From Plasmodiophora brassicae (Eukaryota): 64,000 nt of DNA. Location: positions 682,001 to 746,000 of the forward strand of contig CP145421.1 of assembly GCA_036867785.1 (NCBI GenBank), written 5' to 3'. The number at the start of each line of letters is the position of its first letter. The stretch's first letter is position 1. The notes beneath the pieces were generated by a model. It worked only from the letters and a program-made list of their open reading frames with translations, did no database searches and was not told where the DNA came from. Of this stretch, positions 49,156 through 62,689 are shown piece by piece. Made by a program: the position numbers and the translations under genes.

Positions 49156-50846
49156 ATGGGGAGTCGCCTGCCGACAACGGTGCGCATCGTCGGGACAGGG
49201 ATGACGAAACTAAACCCACGTCCCGTACCGTTACCCTCTCAGCTCATGCAGCAGGCCCTCCGGGCGGCGCTGATTGATGCAAACATGAGCGTCAGTGACC
49301 TGGATGCTCTGATCGCCGTCCCGTCTCTAGCCGAGCCGCGCTTCATGGTCATTCGACTGAATCTATGGGCAGCATGGTTCACCTACAACGCGTGTTTCAG
49401 GAGGCACATAACCTGAGTACCCAAATCGGGCTACTTCCCCGCCCCGACGTCATCGTCAGGACGATTGACACTGGAGGGGCTGGACCGATCAGCGCTCTGC
49501 TGGTATGTCTCGGGTGACCATTCCGTCTACGTAACGCATGCTAATGAGTGCAACGTCCGCGGATTAGGAAGCGAAAAGGTTAATCGAGACGGAAGGAAGA
49601 CATGCTGTCGCCGTTGTCGCGGGTACACTCTCTGCGCAATAGGGTCATCTCGAACGCTGGATTTCATCGAGTGCCCAGGTGACGCTGTTAGCTCATTGTC
49701 GAGAGAAGAGTTTCTCAAGCGCGCCGACCAGTCGTGCCAGGATCCAAACGGATCCCTTCCTTCGCCTGTCATCCCACATGGGTACCATTTCGTCCGACGC
49801 GATAGGGCGTGGTCGTCGATGCTAAATCCCTGCTCAGCTATGATCGGATTGCACAATGGCAGACGCGGACGTATGGCACAGACAGAAAGCAGTACGCGAT
49901 GTGCAGTGTTATCATGAGCATGATGGCATCCAGGCATCCGGTTGCTCTAACTCGCCGACCGCACACCCTCGACGACGTCCTGAGCTCGCCTCAGATCGCG
50001 CCAAGCACAACGTTGCTGGAATGCGCAAGGAGGTACGTTGAAGTATCACCCCTCCCAATGACGCCGATAACGTGCACGTGCTGGCAGAGCTGATGGAGCT
50101 GCCGCCCTCATCGTGGCCAGCAGCCGATTTATGGAAAAGGGAGGGTTCCCCGTGAAGCGCTCAGTGGAGGTCATTAGCGGTGGGGAAGCCTCTGGAAGCC
50201 TGTACCCGCCGCCAATCGATGAAATCAACGAAAACGTGTTCAGCTGTCAACAGGTACCGGCTAGAGTCGTAGCACGAGACGGATATCAAATTCATTTGTG
50301 GACGATTCCCATTAGGCAGCAAGAATTGCATACGCGAAGGCGCACCTGGGAGTCAGCGACATCGATTTCTTCGGATTATATGATTGCTTCCCAATCTGCC
50401 TGATACGTGCCATTGAATGTCAGTGAATATGGGGCCTGTGTAGCAATGCGGTTTCGTAATCGCTGTGTCACAGCCGTAGGCCTGGCGCCCGTCGGGACAG
50501 GCGGCGATTACGTGGAACAAGCGTACAACGAAGTGATGTCCATGATTGCAAACAACGGCCTATCAGGAGCCCGCTTACAGGTCACATGCAACGGCGGCTT
50601 CAGCGGAGGTCGAACTGAATCTCGGTAGCTCAGGAGGTGTTCCCCATCAATACTCACGGCGGCCTTCTATCGTTTGGAGCCCCATGGGAGGCCCCTGCGC
50701 TCTACCTCGTTATCGAAGCCATCATGCAGCTGACTGGCCAGGCGAAATCCCGGCAAATTCCAAACGCCAAGCGCGCGCTCGTCTACGGCAACGGAGGCAT
50801 ATTCTCGTCCAGCGCTGTTGCCATTCTCGGCAGCGGGCAGTACTGA
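49156..50846 (+). CDS. Thiolase-like protein (SCPx/archaeal type), multi-exon
   Basis: IVGTGMT, DTGGAGP, ADGAAALIV, LYDCFPI, INTHGGLLSFGAP, ALVYGNGG. Confidence 0.85.
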
Positions 50847-51444
50847 GCGGGCTGCAGCTGTCGGCCGTGTCATGTGACACACGACAGGTATATCACTGAG
50901 AAGTAATGCAGATACTTCCTCCAAGCCAGAGAGTTCTTCGTACACCGTCAAATAGTGATCTCAGATCTGCTATGCAAGTGACGCCAGATATCGGCATTTT
51001 AGGAAAACCACATCGCCATGGTTATTCTCGTTGTCCCTTGAGAAGGCTCAGTCGCTGATAGAACCCTCACCGCCAACCAGAAAGGCGCCAGTTGGCAGAA
51101 CAGCATCCTTTGTTCGACGCTCGAGAGTCGACGCTTTTCTCGTGTGCAACGATGTGGAATCGCAATTCGCAATCTCGGCGTTGCAGCAGTTAGGCATTCC
51201 CTCTTCTCGCATGCCCAGTGGTTCCAGCTTCAAGAAGGAACGCGAAAGCCAGGCTCTTTGAAACGAGTACGTGCTATCGTATCGGGCCTACCTACCTAGG
51301 CCACTTGCGCCGGATGTTGTCGAGCTCCGAAAGAAGCAGTGCCGAATGCTCGCCTGCAGTTACAATCGGGCCTGCCCCCAGTCGACAGAATGAATAGGAT
51401 TTGTCAGCGGCGTGGTTTGCCGCTATTTCGTGATGTTCTGCGGA

Positions 51445-54400
51445 ATGAAGGCAACGTGAGTGAGACGGAGAGCGGGGTCCGTGGCCAGTGCGCGGCGAAC
51501 AACGCCATGCAGGTGTCCGATGTGTTACAGCATGACGTTAGCCGCCTGGCCAATACGCACTGGGCACCCGGGTCAAAGTCGAAATTTGACGGCAAGGTCG
51601 TGCGGAAGCTGTACGATGAGTACCTGAGCGATCCCCGCGACGATGACTATGAAGGCGTTGCGGTGCTGGAGATGAGCAGCTACTTGGAGAAGTCAGACCG
51701 ATAGATGCTGCCGTAGTCGTGGGCTTACCCGTGTGTCCCTCCACACAGTTATCTCTGGAGGCATTTTTCGCCAACGAAAGTGTCCGAAGTGCACCTGTTA
51801 TCGATCCTGGCCATGATCAATGAGAAGATGAGGATCAACGCGCCGCTCTGGGGTACGGATCGAACGCGGTGGCGTTGTTACGCGTCCATGTTCTAACCTC
51901 TGTGGCAGACTGCTTCAAAGATCGCAAAGATGATTTCGAGGCCATGCTGAACAGCCTGTTCGCTCTCCAAGAGCGGGTGAAGCTCTCAGAAAGGACGCGC
52001 GTATCATTCGTCAGGTTTCTGATTGGTGTCTATCAAAACCTGGAGAACGACAGTGTTCGCCGTGTTGCGCTTCGGTTTTGTTCACTGCCCCTATGGGCGA
52101 CTTTACCTAATCGGGCTAGGCGCCGCATCTTGAACGACCATCCCGATCTGGCCGACACTGTGGAATCGTTTGATACCAAATCAGATGGTCGGGCGCTGTG
52201 ATCTACTGGGCTGATTCATTCAGTGATATGCTGTTACAGAGTGCCAGTTGATGCGGAAGCTCCTGACCGAGTTCGTATCGTCCATTTCGAAGGATGGGAT
52301 TGAGGAAGACTACACCGCACGTTTTCTCGAACTTTTGACAGACCTTCTGAGTCAGCTTCCGACTCGACGTTTCATTCGCCCGTTGATCCTGGCAATGCAT
52401 GTCCTCGAGCATGCCCATTTGAGTGCCGGTAAGCATACCAGTAGTGATCCGGTATCTCCTTTCTGAAACCTGAAATGTATAGGTATGAAGCGGTCGCCAT
52501 TGTGCACCCAAATGCTGGAGATGTGTGAATTCTACATGTTTTTCGAAATCGATGACCGCACTGGGCAGCCACTGTCAGATAGCGACATGGAGCAGAGTCA
52601 TTACCATCGGGTCCAGGTCGTACAAGGGATTGCGTTCAAGTATTTTCAAGACAAGCTGTTGTCACTGGCGCTGTCACCCGTTCGCTCCATCGACAACCCC
52701 GACCTGCTTCGGGAGTACATTACTGCTCTGGATGACGTCGACCTGCGACAGTTTCTCGTTCGTCTGGAGTTGGTCGACGAGAATGAAGGCGACCTTGCGA
52801 GGGAGCTCCTTGAACAGATTCTTGTGACGTTTGCGAGCAAGAAACCGTCGCGGCTGCAGGCTGTTCGTAAACTTCCATTGTATCCAACGGAGGCGCTCAT
52901 GTTTGATGAGAGCGTCATGCCATCCAGTACGATGCCCCTTACTGTGTATGTGCCTACCGCTTATACTCTGTCCAGGCGATTACAGAGGCGACCGTTGCTT
53001 GGCGCTTCCCAAGCTGAACATGCAGTTTCTGTCAATCAACGATTACCTGCTTCGAAACTTTCATCTATATCGTCTTGAGTCGACGTTCGCGATTCGACAG
53101 GTTGACCGACTGAGCTGGTGGTGTTACCGTGCACTCACCCTTTGATGATACTGTAGGATACTCTGGAAGCTATCCGAAAGATCGACGCCCGCCTCCATCC
53201 CGAGATGCAGGATCGCACGATCTTCACCGGATGGTCCCGCATGGCCATTCCAATTAGGGCCTTCTCGATGACGAAAATTGCTCGTAGCAACATCGGCGAC
53301 GATAAGCCGTCCGAAGTCATTGCAGGTGAGCATTCGCGTTTACATGCCGCTCGAGTTTCTACCAAGAACTGATTGATATACGTACTGTGCAGAGATTGAA
53401 GTTGATCTTCGCCCATTCATGGGCGATATTCGCCAGGAGTGGGAAGATTTGAAGGAGCGCGATGTTCTGTTCGTCCTTGAGGTCGTTGCTTCTCGGCATT
53501 CTGATGAAGGCAGTAACTCCCACAACGGCGAGGTACCTCGTGCTTTACGTTTCCAGGCCAGCAGCCATCTAACGTTCCAGCACAGTTTGCCAATACGGAA
53601 CGACAAATTCGTCGAGTACGCGGATGTGAGATCGTTGCTGTTAAAGACCAGACCGGGAAGGTCATCGACGTCCAGAACCCCACTCCTGTTGGTGATACCC
53701 GCACGTTCGTCGTTGCTTTCGACTGTGCGCAGTTCAAGGAAGACTTAGATCATCACACTAAGGTCGTTGCGTCTGATCATCCTGTGTGATTCTGCATAAT
53801 GAAACCTCCTTCCAGGGTGGCGACGAAGGCGCTGTCGACGGCCGTAGCGTGTACGACCGTATGAACATTCTCGTTCGTCGACGACCGAAGGAGAACAATT
53901 TCAAGGCGGTACTGTCTACGTTGAGAAACATGATGGAGGGTGGCATTGCGTTCCCGCCTTGGCTATCAGAAGTGTTTCTTGGATTCGGGTCTCCAGATCA
54001 GGCCACGTACTATTCGCTCCCAGATCAGCTCCCGCATGTCGACTGTCATGATACGTTCGTTGACGAAGGTCATCTTCGCAAGTCATTTTCTTCCCATAAG
54101 GTCGAGGTTCAAGAAGCGACGATTCCTGACAATGTAGTGCCAGCGTATCGGGTATCGATACCTCGAGGCGTTGCGCCTGGGAAAACTCAGGCCTCTGGCA
54201 ACCATGATCGTGCTAATACGATGGAATGCGAAGAGGCATCGCCTAATGAGGATTTTGCATCCATGACCGTCGTCGAGTTGCGCAGGCATCTGTCAGAAAA
54301 GGGCCTTTTAACATCAGGCAAGAAAGCCGAACTCATCGAGCGTCTTCAGTCCTTGCCGACGGAGGTATTTCCTATTCCGTGCTTTGCACTTCTGTATCAA

Positions 54401-56567
54401 ACATTTGTGTCTAGGAACAGGCGTCATCGGAACCAGGATCTGTTATCACGTGCGAGCCGTACCTTCCAGGAAGTATGGCGTTTTACGCTGCTGATACCCG
54501 GAACAATGTTCGCTTCACTCCTGTCCAGGTACGGGCGGCTTGTTTCCTCGAATGGGTTTGTGTACTGATAGATTGTATGGTAGGTGGAGGCCATTGTGTC
54601 TGGGTGTAACCCAGGTTTGACGCTTGTCGTTGGCCCGCCTGGGACCGGCAAGACGGACGTCGCGGTGCAGACGATCGTCAACCTGTTCCATCAGTTCCCC
54701 CAGGAGCGAATTCTTATTGTCACCCACAGCAACCACGCGCTAAACGACTTGTTCGACAAGCTTCGTTGTCGGGACATCGACCCTGGCGCCATGCTGCGCC
54801 TTGGCCAAGGTCACAAGCAGCTGCGATCCGATGGCGATTCAGATGATTTCAGCGTCCGCGGACGAATCAATTTCATGCTGAGCCGTCGCCTGATGCTTCT
54901 TGATCAAGTGAAACATTTGGCCGTGACCATCAATGCTCAATCGAGCTTCCCGACCGTTACCTGTGACGCTGCGAACAGCTTCTACATTACTGTTATCCAG
55001 CCCAGAATCCTGAAATTCAGGTGAGGGGCGTTCCGCCACGAGCACTGTCGCAGGTTTTACCTGACGTTGACTTCATCAGGTCTCTCGAGCACGTTACGGT
55101 TGACGATTTCCCGTTCCGGCAGTACTTTGCAACGACTTCCTTTCCGGAAACCGAACCTGAATTGCGTTCAACTGCCGAGCGTTGCTTCTCGTACCTCGCG
55201 TTCGCGTTCGCCCAACTTGCACAGTGTCGTCCGTTCGAGGTACTGAAACACGGGAAGGATCGCTCCGACTACCTCGTTATCAAGCACGCGCGTATCGTGG
55301 CCATGACTTGCACGCATGCTGCCTTGAAACGCGACGACTTCTTCAAACTAGGGTGTGTTATTAATCGGTTTACGCGATGCAATATACTTATCCATGTGCA
55401 GGTTCCGTTTCCACAGCCTGGTTATGGAAGAAGCTGGACAAGTCCTCGACTTGGAGACATCGATCCCGATCTTGCTACAAAGTGCAGATCCAGGTCAGCG
55501 TCTGTTATATCATTCCATGGCCATCATCTTAACGTGAATACCCCAGAGTTTGGATGCCTTCTGAAGCGAGTTGTACTTCTTGGGGATCACCGGCAGCTTC
55601 CGCCGGTGATTCAGAACCAGGTTTGTATCAATCACGAGCAGTGCCCTTGGATAGCCGTTGCTTACTGCTGATCGCAGATCCTGCAGAAGTACTCGCATCT
55701 AGATCAATCATTATTCGCGCGTATGGTTCGGCTAGGCGCACCGGCTATTGAACTCAATTACCAGGCATGTCGTCTGGACCTCAGAAGTGTGTGGCTGACA
55801 CTAATATGTGCTGCAGGGTCGAACGCGTCCGAGCCTTGCGTCGCTGTTTAGTTGGAGATACCCCAATTTGCAGAACCTGGACAACGTTCTCACGGGTGAC
55901 TATGTCGTTGCCAATGCGGGTATGCGGTTTGACTACCAGTTCATCAACGTCGACGACTTCGAGGGTCGCGGAGAGACATCGCCCGTACGCCACTTCTACC
56001 AGAACCTGGGTGAAGCCGAGTACGTTGCCCAGGTGTACACGTTCCTGAGGAAGATTGGACATGATGGTCGCCGGATTGCCGTCCTGACGACGTACAACGG
56101 ACAGAAGCAATTGCTTCGCGACGTGTTCAATGCCAGGTGCCGCCACATTGGTCTGCCTTCCAAGATCACGACAGGTTTGTCATAACTGCTTACGTTAATC
56201 TGGCCTGTGTTAACCTGTGGGTTTCTCCATAGTCGATCGGTATCAAGGCCAGCAGAACGACATTGTCTTGCTGTCTCTGGTGCGAACGCGCAACGTCGGC
56301 CACATTCGCGACGTTCGTCGCCTGATTGTTGCACTTTCGCGCGCTCGCCTCGGCCTCTACATCTTCGGACGCCAATCTCTGTTTGCGAACTGCTTTGAGT
56401 TGGCCCCGTCGATGTCGCTGTTACTGTCGCGACCGACCAAACTGCATATCGTCGTCGACGAACGACACCCTACAGAACGCGGTGTTGACGCCGAGGCTGA
56501 CAGCGTCGTCGTCAATGACGTTGTCCACATGGGCGAGATCGTTCAGTCCATGATGGAGAGGTCCTAA
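51445..56567 (+). CDS. AQR: Intron-binding spliceosomal RNA helicase Aquarius, multi-exon
   Basis: [93 protein letters not shown]. The start is approximate. Confidence 0.95.
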
Positions 56568-56859
56568 CAACTGATAAAACGCTTCTCGGTAATCAGCCGT
56601 TCCGAAAGTATACGGTCCCTCGAATGTGTGTGCCTGTATCAGTCAAGTCACTTGTCATGTGTTTGGCGCTCTATGGCTATTGATAGTCCCGAAGTACGAA
56701 GCCAGGTTCCCGGAATGTCCCGCAAGTATGCAGCACGACTGGTGCCGTCGAGTCGTCGTCTGATGGATATCCTGTCCAAGGTGTGCCAGCCGTTGCCTGG
56801 CAGCGGCGGTGAACGTACTAAACAGACAAACTCGTCAAAGGGCACGGATGCCGATGCAA

Positions 56860-57250
56860 TTAGATGCTGAAGAACCTTGCGAGTGAGACCGAATTCTGAG
56901 ATAATACGCCAAACAGTCGGGACACTGATGCTGGCGCGCCATTCGAGCATGAAGGCCTGCTGCGTTTCGTCTAGGAACGACAGCGGATGATCCGACATGT
57001 ATCGAAAACCCCACTCGCGTTGTTCGGAAGAAAACTTCGAATTCGAAGTCTTCGAGGAAAGGCGATCCAGGCGCCGCGTCTTCTCGTACCGACTAACCCA
57101 CCGGCTAATAGTCGACCCCGTGATGCGCGACTCGTATCGTGCACAACCCCTCCAGCTATGGACAGGAGTCGTTGTTCCGCACCCTCCTAAGCGAAACGAG
57201 TCTAAGGCCGTTTCGGTGAACCTGTTCACTAAAACATGCTCGATCCTTGG
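56860..57250 (-). mobile_element. IS630/Tc1-mariner-type transposase N-terminal (HTH) remnant
   Basis: STISRWVSRYEKT..HPLSFLDETQQAF..SISVPTVWRII..GLTRKVL; no DDE domain or TIRs seen. Confidence 0.7.
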
Positions 57251-57325
57251 GAACTGTGCCGTGCGTCGAGCAGGCACACACTTGGCAGCGGGGTCCATGG
57301 CGCCGAACACCCACGTCGTGTCGAC

Positions 57326-58489
57326 ATGACCTGCGCCGCATGCTGTCCTGAAGCGCCACGCGCGCTGCGTCTGGCTTATCCTTGTGCAGATGCCGTTCCG
57401 TTATACGGAGGACGCTGGTCAGGCTATTTGCGGCCTCGCACGCCGCTACGAAGCCAGGTGTCCGGGCTCTCGCACGTTCGTGTGATGTTGTTTGCCGCGC
57501 GTCTCGATGGACTTCACACACGACTGCTGTCGAAGCGCATCGCGGACACCGACAATGACGGCGCCGTACTCGACGACATTGACGAACTGATCAGCGATGC
57601 TGTCGCGTCGTCGTCTGTCGAACGGATCGACACCCTGTCCAAGGTGTGCCTGCCGTTCCTGACGGCGCTGCTGTCGTTCGCCATTGACGATCCGTCGAAA
57701 GGCGAGCACCTGGACCGTATTTCAAGCCTGGTTAGCAGGCTGTCATCGTCCCAAGGTGCACCAGTTGAAGGCAAATCGGTTGGCCTCATGTTGATTATTG
57801 TTGGACAGGGCGATCAAGAACGCGGTCGTGGTCGTATTCGTTTGGGAATGTCGAACTTCACGATGCTGACATCTGCGACGCCGACCTGGGGTCGCAGACA
57901 TGGGAGAGCGGCGTGATCCTGGCAAGGTCACCCTCGCTGCTCCACATGATGGCACCCGTACTGAAACGATGAACGCGATAGGTTGATTGATGAAGCAACA
58001 GTGCCAGTCGGCGGTCGCGTGGTCCTCGAGCTGGGCTCTGGCACTGGCCTGGCTGGCATTGTCGCTAGCAAACGGAACGCGCGTCGCATCGTCATGACCG
58101 ACTATCACGACGGTGTCATCGCCAACATCAGGCACAATCTCAGCTTGAACGGCCTCACGATCACCGACGCAGTCGACGTCGTCGCTGTCGACTGGCGATG
58201 TCCTCCGGCGCTTCCCGACGATTTCACCGTCATCGTCGCCGCCGATTTCTGCTACGATCGAGAAGCCGCTGGCCTCGTCTGGGCCTGCGTCGCCAAGTAC
58301 CTGTCGGCAACCGACGAGGGCGCCAGGTTCCATGCCGTCGTACCATTCCGTCCAGGGTTCGCAGACGAGGTCGCGGCGTTCGAAGCGTTAGCGCCCGTTA
58401 ACGGGTTCGTACTGGAGTCGTCCGCAGACGTGGACGCTGAGCGGATGCGGCATCGGTACTACGTGTATAAACGAGGCGGGAAGGACTAA
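57326..58489 (+). CDS. SAM-dependent protein methyltransferase (family 16 / METTL21-like)
   Basis: TWGAA, VVLELGSGTGLAGIVA, IVMTDY, VDW, IVAADFCYD. The start is uncertain. Confidence 0.8.
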
Positions 58490-58666
58490 CGCCCGATATC
58501 TGTAGAGATTCTGTCGTGGGTCGCGCCAGCTCCTGTTCGATCGCAAATATCGGATCGGGTCGTGGGTCGCGTGTACATCATCATCATCAGTTGAGCCATT
58601 ACGCTGGCGCCAAGGCCTGCACGTAACGTCGCGCCCGGTCGGTCTCGTGGACGCGACCGCCATGCA

Positions 58667-59444
58667 ATGAACGACGCCCCGCCGTACGTCCTGGACCGGA
58701 TGAACCGTATCGTGCCGCTGGAGACGACGATCATGGCACCGACCGTCCGCCCCAAACGAGCGTCGTTACCGCTGTCCGGCCGTTCGTCGCGAGCCGCTTC
58801 CCAGGAGTTGTACGCCGTCTCCGACCCGATCCTCGTCTCTGACGACTCGACCATCATTGTTACGCCGCTCGGTGCCGAGGAAGGTTCATCCAACGACCCG
58901 TCGTCCAAGTCTGATGGAGGGAACCCGTCCAAGCGTTCGTCGCTGGAGAACCTCGTCCCTATCATGCTGGAGCCCCGAGGCATGGCCAAGGCCATGAAAC
59001 TGCTGGGCATACGATCCGATGCGGTCGACCGCTCGAAATGCTTGCGTGTCCTGGGCATGACCGAAGACGACTATCAAGCCAGCGTGGAAGGTGTGTGCCG
59101 CCCACTGGGCCCCGTACCTGGAAATGGGCCAGCCACTCACACCTGTAGGGCATGATGCAGTGTTCCAGCTGTTCAACAAGATCGACGCGTCCAAGAGCGG
59201 CGTGTCGGCGTCGACCAAGGCGCAGTCGCATCTGGGCCTGGACGGCCGGTCGCTGAAGCTGAAGAAGCCGTTCCAGAGGCTCGGCATCGACAGCGGCGAC
59301 CTGGACCGGGAGCGCATGGTCGCCCTGTCGCTGCTGGGCGGCGGCCACGACCACCTGCTGAACGTCATCGAGCCGTACGAGGGCGGCGACTCCCGGTCCG
59401 GGCCCACCCAGCTGTTCTGCTCCTGTACTGGCACCCGCGATTAG
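58667..59444 (+). CDS. Hypothetical protein (two exons)
   Basis: Two overlapping ORFs joined by a plausible GT-AG intron at about 59091-59148; coding-like codon bias. Confidence 0.5.
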
Positions 59445-59712
59445 CCAGCGCCCCCCCGCTGCGCTTAGGCCAATGTGTGACGATGTAAAGCAATACGCAC
59501 CTGGTTTCTTCAAAACAGCCGGCCAACGAACGCGGCTCGGGACGGCGGACCCGGAAGAATTTCCCGCCCGGAGTTCGCAGGCCCCGGGGTATAATAACCG
59601 GCGTTCCGCCCGCGCCGCGAGTTCGAGAATAAAAACGGTCCAGTTGTTCGCCTGGCGGGCAATTTTTGTGTCTGTGGGGGGCTGGGCCTGGGAACGCGCC
59701 GCTGGGGGCCAA

Positions 59713-62618
59713 ATGTCGACCTGACCATGGCGATTGCCTCGGCGACGTCGGCCTGATGGGGAACCAGGGCAGCGCCCTGCAGGATGTGGGCGGCGGGCAG
59801 GCGCGGTCGAAGCGGTCGGCGTCGGTGTCGGAGGCGGAGAACCGGGCGAACGCTGCCGCCGTCGCCGCCGCCGCCGCTGACAGTGCGCTGTCGCGTCGGC
59901 GGTCGATTCCGCCGACGCTGCCCATGGGAGGCATCACGACCGAAGGGCATCAGCATCGTACGGTCTACATGTGGTGCAGTTGGTGCTGGAAACAATGTAC
60001 GATCCGAGGCAGATCCTGGCATTTGCAAGTGGCCGAATAACAGCATCGCCGCGTAGGTTTGCACGGGCGGTCCCAGAAGAACAGGCTGAGACGAAGCGTG
60101 TACCAGTGCCTGAACTGTGCCCGTCGCACGCTGCCGTGCCGCTGGTGCACGGAAGCCATGGCTCGTGGCCACTCCGATTATGACGACGTCCTGTGTGCCC
60201 GATGCGATGGCACCATCGAGAAGTGGGGCGAAGTTCCCGCCATCAACCGGACGATTGGGCACTGCAGCTGGTGCTTCGACCTCACATCCCATGACCTGCG
60301 CATGACGAATGTCGTCCGACGTAATTCGTACATGTGCGAGGCCTGCGGTGGTCGGACAGCCCTGTGCATTTCGTGCCGGAGCGCGTTCACCAGGTGCGAC
60401 CAGTTCTACAATGATATCCTGTGCGCCCTCTGCAAGGGCAGCATTGCCACGTGGGACGATGTGGAAGGCAATCGGAGGAAGAGTATTGCTGAAGGGGTCA
60501 AGGTCCTCGATCACGACGACCCGTACCAGTCGATGTACCCGCTGCGGCGTGGGCAATCCGTTCGCGCTCTGATCGATGGGAAAGACTGTTATATGGCGCT
60601 GGCTGATGCGCTGGATGCTGCGCAGGAGACGATCTACATGAGCTTCTGGCATATGAACCCGAGGATCTACCTCAGGCGAACTCCTGGACAGGAGTTCCGC
60701 ATCTCGGATCGGTTCGACATGATCGTTCAGCAGCGGGCCATGGCCGGCGTCAAAGTCTACATCATACTTTGGCGCGAGAACGTCCCGGCGGTTGTGAACA
60801 ATTTCAGCGAAGAGGTCGCCACAGAGATGATGTCGCTGCATCCGAACGTGACGGTGATTCGACATGGCCCCAGTCCCTTGCTCGTCAAGTTTTGCCACCA
60901 TCAGGTGCATCTCTTCCACGAATCGTGCAGCCAACCATCGCATTGACGTTTCGCTACAGAAGTTCGTCGTCGTCGATCAGGACATTGCCTTCGTGGGGGG
61001 CTTCGATGTTTGCCTAGGCCGTTACGACGATCCCGCACATGTCCTGACAGATGAAGACGCCCAGATTTGGAAAGGCGTGGACTACTATAATCCCCACCGT
61101 CTGCGGCCTGCCTCTATCAAGTCGTTCTTTACGGATGTCATTGATCGGACCATGGTGCCAAGAATGCCCTGGCACGACATCGACGTCGAGGTTGGTTCGG
61201 CCCTCTCGCATTGCACGGGCTCCTGCTGATCGCTCTGCGGCAGCTACGTGGGTTGGCGGCCAGAGACGTTGCGCGAAATTTCATTGAACGGTGGAACCAT
61301 CACACGAATGCGACGAAAGAGACCGCTCTCCGTATAAAGTCGAATGACGCGCCACCCCTTGTAACGATCGCTGACGTTTCATTCCCTTGATGACACTGAC
61401 GCTTTGCCATTGTAGCACCCCGTTTCTGAAGGCACTTGCCTTGTACAAGTCGTGAGGTCAATGGGTACTTGGAGTGGGGCCAGTCGCTTGGACAAATCCA
61501 TATGTAATTGCCCTCTGGAACCAACCTCACCTGTTGCTGATTGGGTGTTTCCAGATGGCGCTTATCTCCATGCAGTCACGTCGGCAGAAAAGTACATCTA
61601 CATCGAGAACCAGTACCTTAGCTCGAGTGTTGCCGGTGGAGGCGTTGAGAACGTCATTGTCCAGCGTATCATTAATCGCGTACGGGAGAAGATCTTGGCA
61701 CAGGAACCCTTCCGTGTCATCATCGTCCTGCCTCAGCCAGAGGAAACCGGTGATAGCGCCATGGAGCTGTTAAGATGGCAATATCAAACAATTAACCGAG
61801 GCGGGAGTTCTCTACTTGAGCAGCTGCATAGAGTTATCTGTGCTGCTGGTTTTCGCATATTGCTCGACTAACACGCTGTTCGTTAGGCGTTCCCCGATGT
61901 CGACCTTGAGCAGTATGTCTCATTCTTCTTCCTGCGGCAATGGGGACGATTGGGTGGTGCGCCCGTAACCGAGAAAGTCTTCGTCCACAGCAAGCTGCTG
62001 ATTGTCGATGACCGCATTGCCCTCGTTGCATCGGCGAACTTCAACGATCGAAGCCTGCTGGGTGATCGCGACTCGGAGCTTGGAGTGACAGTGGAGGACG
62101 AAGATTCGTTTGAGATATCAATGGACGGCAAGCCCTGGATGGTTGGCAGGTTCCCCCACGAGCTACGTTTGAGGCTATGGGCCGAGCACCTGGGTCTAAA
62201 GCCAGACGAGGTACACGCCATTTCGGATCCAATCTCTGACGCGGTATACAATGGCATCTGGCTAAAGACAGCCCGCGAGAATACTGCGATCTACGAGAAA
62301 GTGTTTCCCAGTAAGTTGCTGGGCTGTTTCGCGTCCCACGATCGTTTAACATCATCGTCCGTCAGGTATTCCCCAGAACTGCCATCGAACCATGAAGGTT
62401 GTGTAGCCGCTTCGTTATTTGTAGAAAGCGTCGTCTCAACACTGTTGCAGATTTTCAAGAGTGCAAACGGTCTCCAGGTACCGGCGCCCGCTGTCACAGA
62501 CGGGTCCGAGCTTGCTGGCGTTCGCGGCACGCTGACCATGCACCCCATCGGGTTCCTCCTCGATGAGGAAATATCGACCAAACTGTCGCTCGTCCTCGGT
62601 GAAAACATATCTCAATGA
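59713..62618 (+). CDS. PLD: Phospholipase D with N-terminal Cys-rich repeats, multi-exon
   Basis: Two HKD motifs (HHQKFVVVD, VHSKLLIVDD), PRMPWHD, IYIENQY, SANFNDRSLLGDRDSE, LRLRLWAEHLG. Confidence 0.93.
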
Positions 62619-62689
62619 GTCAAATCGTCGCACAACGCATACGACGCCGGTTCTGTATTCAGAGACGGCAAGGGCCAGTGGCACCATAT

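Noticed and set aside
51031-51261. Short ORFs between the thiolase and Aquarius
   Set aside because: No ATG-initiated frame with recognisable features.
59510-60943. 477-aa ORF antisense to PLD (and similar long antisense ORFs at 25384-26388 and 21337-22155)
   Set aside because: Shadow frames of GC-rich coding sequence with no recognisable motifs.
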